Shown piece after piece: positions 36,847-46,568 of a DNA stretch of 64,000 nt. The notes below the pieces were generated by a model, which searched no databases, was not told the DNA's origin, and worked only from the letters and a program-made list of their open reading frames with translations. A program made the position numbers and the translations under genes. The DNA is from Nautiliaceae bacterium (GTDB lineage Bacteria; Campylobacterota; Campylobacteria; Campylobacterales; Nautiliaceae). Positions within the stretch are counted from its first letter, which is position 1. Every line of letters begins with the position of its first letter. Location of the stretch: positions 878 to 64,877 of the forward strand of contig JALVTJ010000063.1 in NCBI GenBank assembly GCA_027036005.1. Reading direction: 5' to 3'.

Positions 36847-37543
36847 ATTCGCTTGCCTTTTGTAAATCGTCTTTTGTATCTATACCAAAACTTTTGGTTT
36901 TAACTTTTATCATTTTTATTTTATAACCGTTTTCTATAACTCTTAATTGTTCAAGTTTTTCGATATGTTCGAGATGTCCTTTTAATGAAACGAATATATC
37001 AAGACTTTTTTTATCAAATCCGTAAATTCCTATATGACCTTTGTATATATGTGAAACATTGTCTCTGTTATATGGAATTTTGCTTCTTGAAAAATATAGG
37101 GCATTTGAATATTGGTCTATTACAACTTTTACTAAATTCGGGTCCTCAGCGTCAAGTTCGCTGATTTCCTTATAACAGCTTACCATATTGAATTCTTTTT
37201 TATTTTTGAGCAGTTCGTTTTTTACCGATTGCAAAATTTCAGGTTCTAAAAAAGGTTCGTCTCCTTGCATATTTATGACAATGTCATTTTTATCAAGTCC
37301 TAAAATATCCGATGCTTCTTTTATTCTGTCGCTTCCGCTTTTATGATTTTTATTAGTTAAAATCGCATTAAAATTGTATTTTTTACATATATTTACAACA
37401 TCTGGCGAATCGGTTGCTATTGCTACATCGTCAACTTTACTCGCAACTTCGGCACACCATATTATCATAGGTTTATTGCCTATTTTTGCCAGAACTTTGT
37501 TAGGAAGTCTGGATGAAGAAAGCCTTGCAGGAATGATAATCAT
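36827..37543 (-). CDS. kdsB: 3-deoxy-manno-octulosonate cytidylyltransferase
   Basis: IIPARLSSSRLPNK N-terminus and QGDEP motif. 238 aa. Confidence 0.92.
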   Translation of the reverse strand: MIIIPARLSSSRLPNKVLAKIGNKPMIIWCAEVASKVDDVAIATDSPDVVNICKKYNFNAILTNKNHKSGSDRIKEASDILGLDKNDIVINMQGDEPFLEPEILQSVKNELLKNKKEFNMVSCYKEISELDAEDPNLVKVVIDQYSNALYFSRSKIPYNRDNVSHIYKGHIGIYGFDKKSLDIFVSLKGHLEHIEKLEQLRVIENGYKIKMIKVKTKSFGIDTKDDLQKASEYAKNSY

Positions 37544-37551
37544 TTAATTCC

Positions 37552-37564
37552 TTTTTGATAAAAT
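37552..37564 (+). promoter_or_regulatory. candidate extended -10 promoter TTTTTGATAAAAT
   Basis: Exact recurring 13-mer. AAGGAG SD at 37581-37586 follows. Confidence 0.45.
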
Positions 37565-37591
37565 TATATCATTAAAAATAAAGGAGTTAAA

Positions 37592-38275
37592 ATAAAACTT
37601 TATCAGCCTGCGAACGGATACTGTTATAATTCCGATACTATGTTTTTATATGATTTCATATCTAAATTCAATATAAAAGGCGATGTTTTGGAAGTAGGAG
37701 GCGGATGCGGTGTTCTTGGACTTTTGATTAAAAGAGATTTTCCGAATATAAATTTATATGTTATTGAAAAACAAAACGTTATGGGTAAATTTATATTAAA
37801 AAATTTAAACATTAATAATCTCAGTGCAAATGTCATAAATGCCGATTTTTTGGATTACAGATTCGATGAAAAATTTGATTTTGTGATTTCCAACCCCCCT
37901 TTTTATAACGGAAGTTTAAAAAGCGATAACGAAATTATAAAAATAGCAAGATACGAAGAATTTTTGCCAATGGAGAAATTTTTTGAAAAGGTGAATAAGA
38001 TTTTAAAAGAGAGAGGCGAATTTATATTTTGTTATGATGCAAAAAGAATAGATGATATAATTTCAAAAATTCCGAAACCTTTAAAAATTACAGACATTAG
38101 ATTTTTTTATCCGAGAATTAATAAAAACGCTACTCTTGTTTTGATAAGAGCGAAAAGACATGCGAAATCTTTTGCAAAAATACATCCGCCATTGATAGGC
38201 TTTGAAGATGAAAATTATTCAAAAGAAGCAGCTGAAATTTACAAAAAAGCGAATACAAAGAGTATAAAAGTTTAA
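37592..38275 (+). CDS. SAM-dependent N6-adenine methyltransferase, TrmN6/YfiC-like (start codon unresolved)
   Basis: EVGGGCG SAM motif and NPPF catalytic motif. The frame is open from 37562 and encodes KLYQPANGYCYNSD upstream of the first ATG (37640). The only SD is at 37581. Confidence 0.7.
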   Translation: MKLYQPANGYCYNSDTMFLYDFISKFNIKGDVLEVGGGCGVLGLLIKRDFPNINLYVIEKQNVMGKFILKNLNINNLSANVINADFLDYRFDEKFDFVISNPPFYNGSLKSDNEIIKIARYEEFLPMEKFFEKVNKILKERGEFIFCYDAKRIDDIISKIPKPLKITDIRFFYPRINKNATLVLIRAKRHAKSFAKIHPPLIGFEDENYSKEAAEIYKKANTKSIKV

Positions 38276-38302
38276 TGGAGAATGAAAATGGAAAATGAAA
38301 AG
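38275..38302 (+). repeat. 7-nt periodic tract, 4 units
   Basis: ATGGAGA ATGAAAA ATGGAAA ATGAAAA. Spans the stop of the upstream gene and the start of the next. Confidence 0.75.
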
Positions 38303-38686
38303 TTAATAAGTAAAAAAGGATTTGCTTATAAATTTAATGCCGGTGCTTGCAAAGAATGTGAAGGCAACTGCTGTATTGGCGAGAGCGGATATATTTGGGT
38401 TAATCCGAAAGAAATCGAGGAAATAGCAAAATTTTTAAAAATGGATATGGAAATATTTAAAGAACGATTTTTGATAAAAGTCGGATACAAATACTCCATA
38501 AAAGAAAAACCTTTTAAAAACGGATTTGCTTGTATTTTTTTTGAAAAAGGTTGCACAATTTATCCCGTTAGGCCAAAACAATGCAGAACATATCCTTTTT
38601 GGGATTATTTTAAAACACATATTAAAGAACTAAAAAAAGAATGCCCGGGCATTCTTGAAAATGGAGAATTAAACATTGAGAATTAA
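38282..38686 (+). CDS. YkgJ-family cysteine-cluster (zinc/iron-chelating) protein
   Basis: 134 aa. CKECEGNCC plus downstream C..C pattern (FACIFF, GCTIYPVRPKQCRTYPFW). Confidence 0.8.
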   Translation: MKMENEKLISKKGFAYKFNAGACKECEGNCCIGESGYIWVNPKEIEEIAKFLKMDMEIFKERFLIKVGYKYSIKEKPFKNGFACIFFEKGCTIYPVRPKQCRTYPFWDYFKTHIKELKKECPGILENGELNIEN

Positions 38687-38689
38687 ATA
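38655..38689 (+). repeat. 7-nt periodic tract, 5 units
   Basis: TTGAAAA TGGAGAA TTAAACA TTGAGAA TTAAATA. Encodes the C-terminal tail of the YkgJ-like protein and contains the TTG start of the next gene. Confidence 0.65.
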
Positions 38690-39944
38690 TTTATTATTTT
38701 TATTGATTTTTTTAGCAGGATGTAGTCTTAAACAACCTCAAATAGGTCAAAAAGCTTTTCCTAATGAAGATGAATATATTATAAAAGCGTTATTTTATGA
38801 AAATAATGGAAGTTTTAAAAAGGCACAAAATATTTATAAATTTTTATATAAAAAAACAGATAAAAAAATTTATTATGAAAAATATATTCAAATGCTTTTT
38901 TTTGAAAGAAAATATAATGAAGTAATAAAAAAAGCGGATTTATTTTTGGAAAAAACATGGGATAATAAGATATTTAAATATGAAATTTTTGCTATGCTTG
39001 AAAAAAAAGAATTAAATAGGGCGAAAGAAAAAATTCTCAAAGAATTTAATAAAAAGAATGAATTTTATTATTCAATGATGAGTTACATTTTAACAAAACA
39101 AAAAAAATATAATGAAGCTTTGGTTTATTCAAGAAGTTTATATGCATTAAATCCGACTAAACGAAATTTATTGAATTTAGTTGATTTACTTATTAAGAAT
39201 AAACGTTATAATGAAGCATTGGCATATCTTCAAACACATTACAAACTTTACGGATGTGATTATGAAATATGTCTAAGAATCGCACAAATTTACAAAGCTT
39301 TGTATGATGTGAAAAATTTGGCGTTTATGTATGAAAAACTCGGAAAATATAATAATAAATTTTATATCTTGGCTTTGAATTTATATGTTGATAACGGAGA
39401 ATACGAAAAAGCTATAAATTTAATTAATAAATATAATTTAAATAAAGAATATTTGATTTATATATATGAACAGATGAAAAGTTATAAAAAAGCAGCGTTA
39501 GTTGCTATGGATTTATATATAAAAACCAAAAATATTGATTATTTAATAAAATATACAATGGATATTTATAATGCATCGCAGGATAAGCAAACCGTAAATG
39601 AAGTGATAAATAAATTAAAATATATTTTAACCAAAAGAAAAAATGCATTTTTATATAATTTTTTGGGTTATGTTTTGATAGATAAAAATATTAATCCGAA
39701 AGAAGGAATTGAATATGTAAAAAAAGCCTTAATGCTTGAACCTGATAATGAAGAGTATATTGATTCGCTTGCATGGGGATATTATAAACTCCATGAATGT
39801 AAAAAAGCTTGGGAAATTATAAAAACAATTGAAGATGTAGATGAAACAGTTTTAATGCATAAAAAGAAAATCAAAAGGTGTTTGAATGATACTTCAAAAA
39901 ATCATAAACCAGACAAAAAAAGATTTGCAAAAAAGAAAAAATAA
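38676..39944 (+). CDS. TPR-repeat lipoprotein
   Basis: 422 aa. Signal peptide with lipobox LAGC and repeated TPR-like A..Y...A helices. TTG start. Confidence 0.75.
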   Translation: MRIKYLLFLLIFLAGCSLKQPQIGQKAFPNEDEYIIKALFYENNGSFKKAQNIYKFLYKKTDKKIYYEKYIQMLFFERKYNEVIKKADLFLEKTWDNKIFKYEIFAMLEKKELNRAKEKILKEFNKKNEFYYSMMSYILTKQKKYNEALVYSRSLYALNPTKRNLLNLVDLLIKNKRYNEALAYLQTHYKLYGCDYEICLRIAQIYKALYDVKNLAFMYEKLGKYNNKFYILALNLYVDNGEYEKAINLINKYNLNKEYLIYIYEQMKSYKKAALVAMDLYIKTKNIDYLIKYTMDIYNASQDKQTVNEVINKLKYILTKRKNAFLYNFLGYVLIDKNINPKEGIEYVKKALMLEPDNEEYIDSLAWGYYKLHECKKAWEIIKTIEDVDETVLMHKKKIKRCLNDTSKNHKPDKKRFAKKKK

Positions 39945-40659
39945 AGAAGATTTTGAAAATTTTTTAAAAATCAAAAGAAAATTTAGAGATGTAAAAAAAG
40001 CTTTAAAATCTACGCCTGAAAATCCGTATAGGATTATTGCAGAAGTTAAAAAAGCATCTCCGAGTAAAGGTGTAATAAGAAATGATTTTAATCCAATTGA
40101 AATTGCTAAAATTTATAACGAAACCGCTGATGCGATGAGTATTTTGACCGAGCCTTATTTTTTTCAGGGTTCAATTGAGTATCTTAAAAAAATTAATGAA
40201 TTTTCCCAAATCCCTCTTCTTAGGAAAGACTTTATCATAGATGAATTTCAAATTGCCCAAAGCTACGCATCCGGAGCGGATTTTATTTTGTTAATAGCCA
40301 AAGCGCTTGATGTGGATCATTTACAAAGGTTGTATAATTTTGCTAAAAATATAGGGTTGGAAGTTTTGTTTGAAATACATGACGAAGAAGATTTAAATAA
40401 AGCGCTTGAAATAGGAGCTGAAATTATCGGTTTTAATCATAGGGATTTAAAAACATTTGAGATGCATATGGATTTGAGTGAAAGGCTTATTCCAAAACTA
40501 CCTCAAAATTGCATAGTGGTTGCGGAAAGCGGTATTAATAACTTTGAAACAATTAAAAAATTACATCAAACAAAAGTCGATGCATTTTTAATAGGAGAAC
40601 ATTTTATGAAACAAAAAAATATAAAAAAAGAAGTGTTAAAATTAAAAGGCTTGATTTAA
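39886..40659 (+). CDS. trpC: indole-3-glycerol phosphate synthase
   Basis: 257 aa with IAEVKKASPSKG, LRKDFI and ESGI motifs. Confidence 0.92.
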   Translation: MILQKIINQTKKDLQKRKNKEDFENFLKIKRKFRDVKKALKSTPENPYRIIAEVKKASPSKGVIRNDFNPIEIAKIYNETADAMSILTEPYFFQGSIEYLKKINEFSQIPLLRKDFIIDEFQIAQSYASGADFILLIAKALDVDHLQRLYNFAKNIGLEVLFEIHDEEDLNKALEIGAEIIGFNHRDLKTFEMHMDLSERLIPKLPQNCIVVAESGINNFETIKKLHQTKVDAFLIGEHFMKQKNIKKEVLKLKGLI

Positions 40660-40663
40660 ATAT

Positions 40664-40680
40664 CGGAACATTTTTTGCTT
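40664..40680 (+). promoter_or_regulatory. sigma54 (RpoN) promoter upstream of flgH
   Basis: GGAAC-ATTTTT-TGCTT. GG (40665-66) and GC (40677-78) are separated by exactly 10 nt. Confidence 0.6.
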
Positions 40681-40694
40681 ATTCAGTAAAAAGG

Positions 40695-41405
40695 ATGAAT
40701 TTGAAAAAATCAATAAGTTTTATAATAGTATTTTTTTTTATAGGCTGTTCCATGCATCCTATGGATCCAACTTTAAGTATGACACCTCCGAAATATGTAG
40801 AGCAAATGCCTTCTAAAAATGAAGAAATTGTTAAAAATCCCGGTTCTCTTTTTACCAATTCCGATAATTTATTTGCCGATACCAAAGCAAAAAGAGTTAA
40901 TGATATTGTTACGGTAATTATAACAGAAAATGTATCTCAAATATTTCAAAGTTCAAAAAAACTTGACGAATCCAATAATGATAACGGAGGAAGTTTTAAC
41001 GCTGGAATTAGCGGAGGAGTTAATATAAACGGCCATTCTCATAATTTTGGAAATACTGGAATAAATCTTAATTTGCCTTCTATGAATTCAAAAAGATCTT
41101 TTAATGGCTCTGGTTCCCAAAATACCAAACAGCAATTTCAAACTACAATAAGCGCCAGAATTGTAAAAATTCTTAAAAACGGAAATTATTATATTTACGG
41201 TGAAAAAGAAATGCTCTTAAACGGTGAAAAACAGATTATTAAAATTTCAGGTGTAATAAGACCTCAGGACATTACTCCCGATAATACGATATATTCAAAA
41301 TATATTTCCGATGAAAAAATAGCATATAAATCCCAAGGGGATATTAATGAATTTACTCATCAAAACTGGTTTGCAAGATTTTGGAGTAAAATCGCTCCAT
41401 GGTAA
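40695..41405 (+). CDS. flgH: flagellar L-ring lipoprotein FlgH
   Basis: 236 aa. Lipobox FIGCS, GSLF and DTKAKRVNDIVTVIITE motifs. The in-frame TTG at 40701 is an alternative start with better SD spacing. Confidence 0.9.
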   Translation: MNLKKSISFIIVFFFIGCSMHPMDPTLSMTPPKYVEQMPSKNEEIVKNPGSLFTNSDNLFADTKAKRVNDIVTVIITENVSQIFQSSKKLDESNNDNGGSFNAGISGGVNINGHSHNFGNTGINLNLPSMNSKRSFNGSGSQNTKQQFQTTISARIVKILKNGNYYIYGEKEMLLNGEKQIIKISGVIRPQDITPDNTIYSKYISDEKIAYKSQGDINEFTHQNWFARFWSKIAPW

Positions 41406-41409
41406 ATAA

Positions 41410-41444
41410 ATGAAAAATTGAAAATGTAAAGTGAAGAATGAAAT
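41410..41444 (+). repeat. 7-nt periodic tract, 5 units
   Basis: ATGAAAA ATTGAAA ATGTAAA GTGAAGA ATGAAAT, filling the convergent flgH/hemW gap. Confidence 0.7.
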
Positions 41445-41447
41445 TTA

Positions 41448-42541
<1,094 letters not shown>

Positions 42542-42574
42542 ATTCGATATAATTTTACAAAAAAAGGTGATAAA

Positions 42575-43033
42575 TTGAAAAAATATAGACCAAATGTCGC
42601 CGCAATTATTCTTTCATCTAAATATCCTGAAAAAGTCGAGGTTATGATTGCCAAAAGAAACGATATTGACGCTTGGCAATTTCCGCAAGGAGGAATAGAC
42701 GAGGGAGAAAGTGCCGAAGAGGCGTTATATAGGGAACTTAAAGAAGAAATCGGAACGGATAAAGTAGAGATAATTGCAAGTATGCCCGAATGGCAAAGCT
42801 ATGATTTCCCGAAAATTATTGCAAAAAAAATGTATCCGTTTGACGGTCAAAAACAGAAATATTTTTTAGTAAGATTAAAACCCGGCGCAAGAATTAATCT
42901 AAATACCGAAATTCCCGAATTTAAAGAGTATAAATTTGTGAGTATAAATGAGATTTTCAAATATGTTAAATCCTTCAAAAGACCGGTTTATAAAAAAGTT
43001 TTGGAATATTTTAAAAAAGAGGGATATATTTAA
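42575..43033 (+). CDS. rppH: RNA pyrophosphohydrolase RppH (Nudix)
   Basis: 152 aa. [10 protein letters not shown]-terminus and Nudix box [25 protein letters not shown] start after an AAAGGTGA SD. Confidence 0.88.
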   Translation: MKKYRPNVAAIILSSKYPEKVEVMIAKRNDIDAWQFPQGGIDEGESAEEALYRELKEEIGTDKVEIIASMPEWQSYDFPKIIAKKMYPFDGQKQKYFLVRLKPGARINLNTEIPEFKEYKFVSINEIFKYVKSFKRPVYKKVLEYFKKEGYI

Positions 43034-43097
43034 ATCGAAAAGATAAATGAATAAATTTAATTATTTTTAAAGCACAAAAATATAAATATATGATGAT

Positions 43098-43132
43098 TTG
43101 AAAATGTAAAACGCAAAAGAAAGGAAATGAAT
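43098..43132 (+). repeat. 7-nt periodic tract, 5 units (degenerate), forming the lysC leader
   Basis: TTGAAAA TGTAAAA CGCAAAA GAAAGGA AATGAAT. Shares the 13-mer TTGAAAATGTAAA with 41418-41430. Confidence 0.6.
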
Positions 43133-44339
43133 GCTGATTGTTCAAAAATTCGGTGGAACAAGTGTCGGAGGACTTGAAAGAATTGAAAATGTCGCAAATA
43201 TTGTAAAGAAATATAAAGAAAAAGGTAATAATGTTGTGGTAGTGGTTTCTGCGATGGCGGGAGAGACTAATAAACTTTTGGAATATGCCAATCATTTTTC
43301 CAAAACTCCTCCTCAAAGAGAGGTTGATTTGCTTGTTAGCAGTGGCGAGAGGGTTACAAGTGCGCTTCTTTCAATAGCACTTCAAGCAAAAGGGATTGAA
43401 GCAATAGCACTTACCGGAAGACAAGCCGGTATTAAAACAACAAGTGATCATACAAAAGCCAGAATAATGGATATAAATCCTGATAATATGCAAAAATATC
43501 TTAAAGAAAAAAAAGTTGTAATAGTTGCGGGATTTCAAGGAATAAATGAAGAAGGTGAAGTAACGACACTTGGCAGAGGCGGAAGCGATTTAACGGCTGT
43601 TGCAATAGCGGGGGCTCTTAAAGCAGATAAATGTGAAATTTATACGGATGTAGACGGTATTTATACGACTGATCCGAGGATTGAGCCAAAAGCAAGAAAA
43701 ATCGATATTATAAGTTACGATGAAATGCTTGAACTTGCAAGTTTGGGAGCAAAAGTCATGCAGTCTCGTTCGGTAGAACTTGCAAAAAAATTGAATGTCG
43801 ATATTGAAGTTAAATCTTCGTTTGACCCTGAAATTAAAGGAACATTGATTACAAAGGAGACAGAGGATATGGAAAAAGTTTTGGTAAGCGGAATTGCGCT
43901 TGATAAAAATCAGGCACGGGTTAGTATTTTCGGTGTGGAAGATAGACCCGGAATTAGTGCGGAAATTTTTAACAAACTTGCAGATAAAAATATCAATGTG
44001 GATATGATAATTCAAAATGTCGGAAAAGACAATAAAGCGAATCTTACATTTACCGTTCCTGAAACAGAACTTGAACTAACCAAAGAAGTTTTGAAAGAAT
44101 ATAAAAATAATGCCGAAAACGTTGAATATGACAATGAAATTGCAAAAGTAAGTCTGGTTGGTGTAGGAATGAAATCACATAGCGGTGTTGCCGCAAAAGC
44201 GTTTGACACATTGGCACAAGAGAATATAAATATATTGATGATTAGCACAAGCGAGATTAAAATTTCAATGGTAATAGATGAAAAATATGGTGAACTTGCT
44301 GTAAGAGCATTGCATAAAGCTTATGAACTGGATAAATAA
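43131..44339 (+). CDS. lysC: aspartate kinase
   Basis: 402 aa. KFGGTSV N-terminus, kinase domain and two C-terminal ACT domains. Confidence 0.95.
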   Translation: MLIVQKFGGTSVGGLERIENVANIVKKYKEKGNNVVVVVSAMAGETNKLLEYANHFSKTPPQREVDLLVSSGERVTSALLSIALQAKGIEAIALTGRQAGIKTTSDHTKARIMDINPDNMQKYLKEKKVVIVAGFQGINEEGEVTTLGRGGSDLTAVAIAGALKADKCEIYTDVDGIYTTDPRIEPKARKIDIISYDEMLELASLGAKVMQSRSVELAKKLNVDIEVKSSFDPEIKGTLITKETEDMEKVLVSGIALDKNQARVSIFGVEDRPGISAEIFNKLADKNINVDMIIQNVGKDNKANLTFTVPETELELTKEVLKEYKNNAENVEYDNEIAKVSLVGVGMKSHSGVAAKAFDTLAQENINILMISTSEIKISMVIDEKYGELAVRALHKAYELDK

Positions 44340-44870
44340 ATGGATTTGAATCGTTTTGTAATTGATTTTATAAGAAAAAAAAATTATAAATGGATGGAGG
44401 AGAGGAGGCTTGATTTTGTTCCCCTTTTATCCGTTTTTTTAAATCAGGTGCTTGATGGCAAAAGTGTATTTATAATAACCGATAATCAAAGAAAATGGTA
44501 TGGAAAATATCTTTTAAATAAAATTAATAATTTCAATGAATTCAAACCCCAATTTTTTCCGTTTTATATGTTGGAAGACATTGTCCCGCAAATTACTTAT
44601 GCAAAACATCCCGAACAGTTTGATATGATAGAAGATATGCTTAATGTTTCTTTTGAAAATTATATATTTTGGTATATAGGGCAAGAAACTCCGCTTTTGA
44701 AATTTGCAAGAAGAAAGCCAGAATCGTTTTATTGGATTATGGATAACGATCTTTCTAAGAATTTTTATCTCAAATCAACCGATATTTTTTTGGATAATAA
44801 ACTTATTAATTTGGCCGATATTGTAAATAAATGTTTAAATGCAGTAATATTCGCTGAGGTGGAGATTTGA
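44340..44870 (+). CDS. hobA: hypothetical protein in the HobA position (DnaA-binding protein of Helicobacter), by synteny only
   Basis: 176 aa. Lies between lysC and holB as I recall for H. pylori hobA. No sequence motif verified. Confidence 0.45.
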   Translation: MDLNRFVIDFIRKKNYKWMEERRLDFVPLLSVFLNQVLDGKSVFIITDNQRKWYGKYLLNKINNFNEFKPQFFPFYMLEDIVPQITYAKHPEQFDMIEDMLNVSFENYIFWYIGQETPLLKFARRKPESFYWIMDNDLSKNFYLKSTDIFLDNKLINLADIVNKCLNAVIFAEVEI

Positions 44871-45421
44871 GCAAAGCCGTTATTACCAATGATATAGACA
44901 GATTTTTAGCCACAATAAAAACGGATGAAATAATAAGAGTTAAAGAATTAAAAGTGGACGATGTGGCTTTTATCAAGCAAAAAGCTTATATATCGGATAA
45001 AAACAACCGCTTAATAGTGATCGCCGCTGAAAAATTTAATATTTTTGCTCAAAACGCTCTTTTGAAACTTATAGAAGAACCCCCGAAAAATGTTGAATTT
45101 ATGATTGTTACAAATTCGAAATATTCTCTTCTTGATACTATACTCTCGCGTGTTTTTGTTGAAAAAAAACATTTTGAAACGGAAAAAAAGATAACTCTTG
45201 AAAAAATTACAAACGAATATATTTTGGAACTTTTGACTTCCGATTTGGATAAAGAATCGATAAAAGATTTATTTGCCTTAATCATTAAAGAAAAAAAACT
45301 CAATGAAGAGCAGATGAAAATAATAACCGAAGCCGTTAAAATGATAGAATTAAATCTGAACAAAGAAGCGATAATTTCTCTCGTAATGCTTTCTTTAAAG
45401 GTTGATAATGAAAATATATAA
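44867..45421 (+). CDS. holB: DNA polymerase III delta' subunit (short form)
   Basis: 184 aa. QNALLKLIEEPP and SRV motifs. TTG start overlaps the upstream TGA. Confidence 0.78.
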   Translation: MSKAVITNDIDRFLATIKTDEIIRVKELKVDDVAFIKQKAYISDKNNRLIVIAAEKFNIFAQNALLKLIEEPPKNVEFMIVTNSKYSLLDTILSRVFVEKKHFETEKKITLEKITNEYILELLTSDLDKESIKDLFALIIKEKKLNEEQMKIITEAVKMIELNLNKEAIISLVMLSLKVDNENI

Positions 45422-46568
45422 ATTAAACAATGATGTCAATCTGGAAAAAATAATGAAAAAATTGGGTGTTGATAAAACGGGAATTGAAATAATGAAAAAA
45501 AAGCACTCTTTTTATCTTTTTTATATCAAAAACATAACCTGTGCTGCGGCAAATATATTAAAACAGGACGCCCTAAGTATCGGTGCAGAACTTGCAGTTC
45601 CGATGGGTGTTCCAAATTGCAAAAACAAAATTTTTGATGCGCTTTTATTGTGTAATAAAAACCAGCTTGAAATATTAAGCAAAAAAGAACTCTCCCAACC
45701 TTTTAAATTAAAAGAACTTGCGAAAAAACTAAAAGAATTTATTAATCTTCCTAAGTTTCCTTTGAAAATAATGGGAGTTATAAATGCCAATGACGATTCT
45801 TTTTTTGAAGGCAGTCGTTTTCATGGAATTGAAGCGATTAGACAAATTGAAAAAATGATACAAAATGGAGCTAGGATAATAGATATCGGCGGTGTTTCAA
45901 GCAGACCCGGAAGCGAATATCCGGGAATTGAAGAAGAATTCAAAAGAGTAAAACCCATAATTGATGAAATATATAAAACCAAGCTTTATAAAAAAGTGAT
46001 GTTTAGTATTGATACATTCAAACCTGAAATTTTGGAATATGCACTTCAAAAGGGCTTTAAAATTGCAAATGACATAACGGGATTGGAAAACGACGAATAT
46101 GCGGAAATTGCGGCAAAATACGGTGCTAATGTTGTAATAATGCACAAAAAAGGAAATCCGAAAGATATGCAAAAAAATCCTTTTTATGAAAATGTGATTT
46201 TGGAAGTTGATGAATTTTTTGAAAAACGAATAAAAAAGGCTAAAAGTTTCGGAATAAAAAATATTATTTTGGATGTCGGAATAGGGTTTGGAAAAAGATT
46301 GGAGGATAATGTTGCTTTGATTAAACATTTGGAACATTTCTTGCATTTCGGATACGAATTGTTAATAGGTGCAAGTCGAAAATCGATGATTGATAAAATT
46401 ATGAAAAAAGAAAAAATTTCAACCACACCGTTTGAAAGACTTCCGGGAACACTAGCGATTCATATCGAATCCGTTAGAAACGGGGCAAGCATAATCCGTT
46501 GCCATGATGTAAAAGAGCATTTTCAGGCTTTGAGAGTTTTTGAAGAGATTAGGGAGTTTGATGTATAG
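45402..46568 (+). CDS. folP: dihydropteroate synthase with ~115-aa N-terminal extension
   Basis: Pterin-binding domain starts near IMGVINANDDSFF, with DIGG.S.RPG and GASRKS motifs. 388 aa in total. Confidence 0.92.
   Translation: MIMKIYKLNNDVNLEKIMKKLGVDKTGIEIMKKKHSFYLFYIKNITCAAANILKQDALSIGAELAVPMGVPNCKNKIFDALLLCNKNQLEILSKKELSQPFKLKELAKKLKEFINLPKFPLKIMGVINANDDSFFEGSRFHGIEAIRQIEKMIQNGARIIDIGGVSSRPGSEYPGIEEEFKRVKPIIDEIYKTKLYKKVMFSIDTFKPEILEYALQKGFKIANDITGLENDEYAEIAAKYGANVVIMHKKGNPKDMQKNPFYENVILEVDEFFEKRIKKAKSFGIKNIILDVGIGFGKRLEDNVALIKHLEHFLHFGYELLIGASRKSMIDKIMKKEKISTTPFERLPGTLAIHIESVRNGASIIRCHDVKEHFQALRVFEEIREFDV

Noticed and set aside
37894-37899. C6 homopolymer (and another at 47747-47752), considered as Campylobacter-style phase-variable tracts.
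   Set aside because: They are too short (6 nt) and encode conserved residues; the first encodes the NPPF catalytic motif. No G/C run of 8 or more exists in the window.
43034-43130. Lysine riboswitch (L-box) upstream of lysC.
   Set aside because: The leader is only 97 nt and consists mostly of the AT-rich heptamer tract. It is far shorter than an L-box and lacks conserved helices.
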